From positions 2,100,001 through 2,132,000 of the forward strand of contig CAWJMG010000003.1 in assembly GCA_963843975.1 (NCBI GenBank): a DNA stretch of 32,000 nucleotides. The letters run 5' to 3'. The DNA is from an uncultured Actinomycetes bacterium. Its GTDB lineage: Bacteria; Actinomycetota; Actinomycetes; S36-B12; CAIYMF01. Made by a program: the position numbers and the translations under genes. The notes under the pieces are model-generated. The model saw only the letters and a list, made by a program, of their open reading frames with translations, made no database searches and was not told where the DNA came from. Positions within the stretch are counted from its first letter, which is position 1. Every line of letters begins with the position of its first letter. Positions 25,586 to 32,000 of the stretch are shown here, piece after piece.

Positions 25586-25651
25586 TCGAGTTACTGCCCA
25601 AAGTGGGGTGATCGGGCGCTCGAACACCCCCACTTTGGGCAGCAACTCCGA
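25586..25651. repeat. Family-B hairpin element, copy 2 (coordinates +/-1)
   Basis: TCGAGTTACTGCCCAAAGTGGGGTG..loop..CACCCCCACTTTGGGCAGCAACTC fills the 74-nt gap between the convergent LacI and GH1 stop codons. Confidence 0.8.
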
Positions 25652-25655
25652 TCAG

Positions 25656-27029
<1,374 letters not shown>

Positions 27030-27248
27030 GGTGAGGTACCTCCTCGCGGCAGCCGTGCCGCGTGACTGGGGTGCGGGTCGTGTGGCGTGCGCGCGGGCCG
27101 GCGACCATCCCGCCGTTCCCGGCCCGACCGTACCCCGCGTGTGTGGTGGCCGGTCGGGGCTCCCTCGTCCACGACCGGCCACCCGCACGCATCCCGCGCG
27201 ACGCCGGGACGGTGCCCCCTCAGCCTGAGGGTGCCGTCCCTGCTCCGC

Positions 27249-27264
27249 GTGGGAGCGCTCCCAC
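27249..27264. promoter_or_regulatory. CelR/CebR-type operator upstream of the GH1 gene
   Basis: GTGGGAGCGCTCCCAC is a perfect 16-bp palindrome containing the exact 14-bp TGGGAGCGCTCCCA. It lies about 220 nt upstream of the GH1 start. Confidence 0.8.
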
Positions 27265-27357
27265 ACTCTCGTACGCCGGCCGCCCGTGTCAACGGTCCGG
27301 GGGTGTCGATCTGGACGCGATGCCGGGCGGAGAGCGTGAGGGCGGTGGCGCCGTCGG

Positions 27358-28824
27358 TCAGCTGAGGGCGCGCCCGTCGCTGACGACGCGGTTGCGACCC
27401 GACTTCTTGGCCGCGAGCATCCGCATCGCCGCCTCGTGCATGAGCGCGTCGACCGACCCGGTCTCGCCGAGCTGGCCCGAGGCCACGCCGGCCGACAGCG
27501 TGACGACGGGCTGGTCGTCGCGGCCGCGGTGCGGGATGCCGTGCTGCACGAGGCGCAGCCGGAACCGCTCCGCCACCCGGACGGCCTGGTCGAGGTCGGC
27601 GCCCGGGAGCAGCACGACGAACTCCTCGCCGCCCTTGCGGTAGACCGTGTCGCCGTCGCGGCACGCGTCGCGGAACACCTCTCCCACCTGGCGCAGGACG
27701 TCGTCACCGGCACGATCGCCGTGCTCGCGGTTGACCGCACCGAAGAAGTCGAGGTCGATGAAGACGAGGCCGGCGGATTCCGGCGCTCCCTCCCGCCCGA
27801 GCTGGTCGAGGTCCTCGAAGAGCCTGCGCGTGTTGGGAAGCCCGGTCATGAAGTCGGTGCGCGACTCGACGTACACCTCGGTGAGCTGCACGCGCAGCGC
27901 CTCGAGCTCGGCCGTCACGTCGGCCTTGCGGATGCGCCACTCCTCGTCGTCGTCCGACCACATGTGCCAGGCGGCGCGGCCGCTGCGCTTCGCGACGTAG
28001 AGCATCTCGTCCGCCTGGCGCATCGCGTGGTCGGCGCGGGGGCCTGCGAGGGTCGTCCCGCCGACGCTGGCGGTGACGATGACGTCGGCGTGCCCCACGG
28101 AGACTGGACGCTCGGACGTACGCACCACGAGCTCGGCGACGCGACGGGCCTCGTCGTCGCCGCCCTGGGTCAGGAGGACCACGAACTCGTCGCCGCCGAT
28201 CCGGGCGGCCGACGCGTGCTCGGGGAGAAGGTCGACGAGCCGCTCGGCGAACGTGACCAGCACGCGGTCGCCGGCCTCGTGCCCGTACTCGTCGTTGATG
28301 CGCTTGAAGCTGTCGAGGTCGATCATGAGCAGCGCGCCGGGTGACTTGGCGCGTAGCGCCTGCTCGGTCGAATTGTGGAACGCGGCGCGGTTCGGCAGCC
28401 CTGTGAGCGCGTCCTCGTACGCCGAGAGCCGCAGGCTTCGCAGCTCGCCGACGTACTGCGTGACGTCCTGCAGCGAGAACACGAGGCCGCGGAAGCCCGG
28501 GATCCCCTTGAGGCGGCGGCCGTCCACGGCGATCACGCGCTCGACGTCGCCCCAGCGGACCTGCAGCTCGGCGAGGTGCTGGGACCGGTGCGCGGCGCTC
28601 GCGGCGACGGACGCGACGTACTCGGAGAGCCGTCGGGCGTCCTCGGGGTGCACGCCGTCGACGAGACGCACCTTGCCGGGCAGGCCGATGAGGCGACGGG
28701 CGGACCGGTTGGCGAGCAGCACGCGGCCCTCGAGGTCGGTGATCACGAGAGCGGCGGGCACGTCCCGGACCATCGCGCGCAGCAGCGCCGTCGTCACGTT
28801 CTCGTGCTGGTCGTGCGCGGCCAC
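27358..28824 (-). CDS. PAS domain protein with two tandem GGDEF (diguanylate cyclase) domains
   Basis: 488 aa with an N-terminal PAS domain (VITDLEGRVLLANRSARRLIG). GGDEF-1 has RIGGDEF. GGDEF-2 has RKGGEEF preceded by RDGD (an RxxD I-site at the canonical spacing). Confidence 0.9.
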   Translation of the reverse strand: MAAHDQHENVTTALLRAMVRDVPAALVITDLEGRVLLANRSARRLIGLPGKVRLVDGVHPEDARRLSEYVASVAASAAHRSQHLAELQVRWGDVERVIAVDGRRLKGIPGFRGLVFSLQDVTQYVGELRSLRLSAYEDALTGLPNRAAFHNSTEQALRAKSPGALLMIDLDSFKRINDEYGHEAGDRVLVTFAERLVDLLPEHASAARIGGDEFVVLLTQGGDDEARRVAELVVRTSERPVSVGHADVIVTASVGGTTLAGPRADHAMRQADEMLYVAKRSGRAAWHMWSDDDEEWRIRKADVTAELEALRVQLTEVYVESRTDFMTGLPNTRRLFEDLDQLGREGAPESAGLVFIDLDFFGAVNREHGDRAGDDVLRQVGEVFRDACRDGDTVYRKGGEEFVVLLPGADLDQAVRVAERFRLRLVQHGIPHRGRDDQPVVTLSAGVASGQLGETGSVDALMHEAAMRMLAAKKSGRNRVVSDGRALS

Positions 28825-29001
28825 AGCCGTCCCCCTCCGTGTTCCCGAGGTCGAGGCAACCAGGAGCAGCCGACCGCGTCGACCTGGGCAGTCCCCCGTT
28901 CGGCGTCACTCGTGACCAAACGCTGAGGTTTCGTGACGCTGTGTGAAAGAGGCCCTGGCGTGTCGGCACGGGCAGTCACGGCCCCCGAGGCGGGTCCCGG
29001 A

Positions 29002-32000
<2,999 letters not shown>

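Overview
This is a very GC-rich window (roughly 70-75% by eye), densely coding, and actinobacterial in character. The mycothiol-type mscR plus MBL pair, GTGA/ATGA overlapping gene junctions, CelR/CebR-type operators and a chemoreceptor suggest a motile, cellulolytic Micrococcales-like organism; that placement is inference only. I support 33 protein-coding loci, mostly housekeeping or core accessory: a VWA fragment, MFS transporter, SAM methyltransferase, CYTH protein, ung, amidase, DUF2510 membrane protein, metB-glmL-like pair, DUF1905 protein, MCP, msrA-yciI-doxX, a LysR regulator with a divergent small ORF, rplY-pth-IMPase/CysQ-like operon, mscR-MBL pair, a PspC-type envelope-stress module (PspC-histidine kinase, LuxR response regulator, PspC/LiaF-like protein, small membrane protein), a LacI(CelR-like) regulator with a GH1 beta-glucosidase, a PAS-GGDEF-GGDEF protein, a GT39-like membrane glycosyltransferase and guaA. 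I found no rRNA, tRNA, CRISPR array, transposase, prophage or recognisable defence or biosynthetic cluster, and no convincing new multi-gene system. The features the gene models do not explain are these. (1) Two families of sequence-conserved long-stem hairpin repeats sit exactly at gene ends: family A has 3 copies and family B has 2, and B shows compensatory stem changes. (2) A near-perfect 96-nt tandem duplication lies in the long rplY upstream region. (3) Three genes (MCP, mscR, glycosyltransferase) each carry a single-nucleotide frameshift in the sequence as given. This points to assembly indel errors or real gene decay; the mscR shift creates a 605-aa artefactual fusion ORF with the MBL gene. 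(4) Two TGGGAGCGCTCCCA operators define a small CelR/CebR-type regulon. (5) A sharply AT-rich divergent promoter island separates the LysR gene from an uncharacterised 102-aa ORF. The many long ORFs rich in Arg, Pro and Ala on opposite strands or alternative frames are GC-driven shadow ORFs and were not called.
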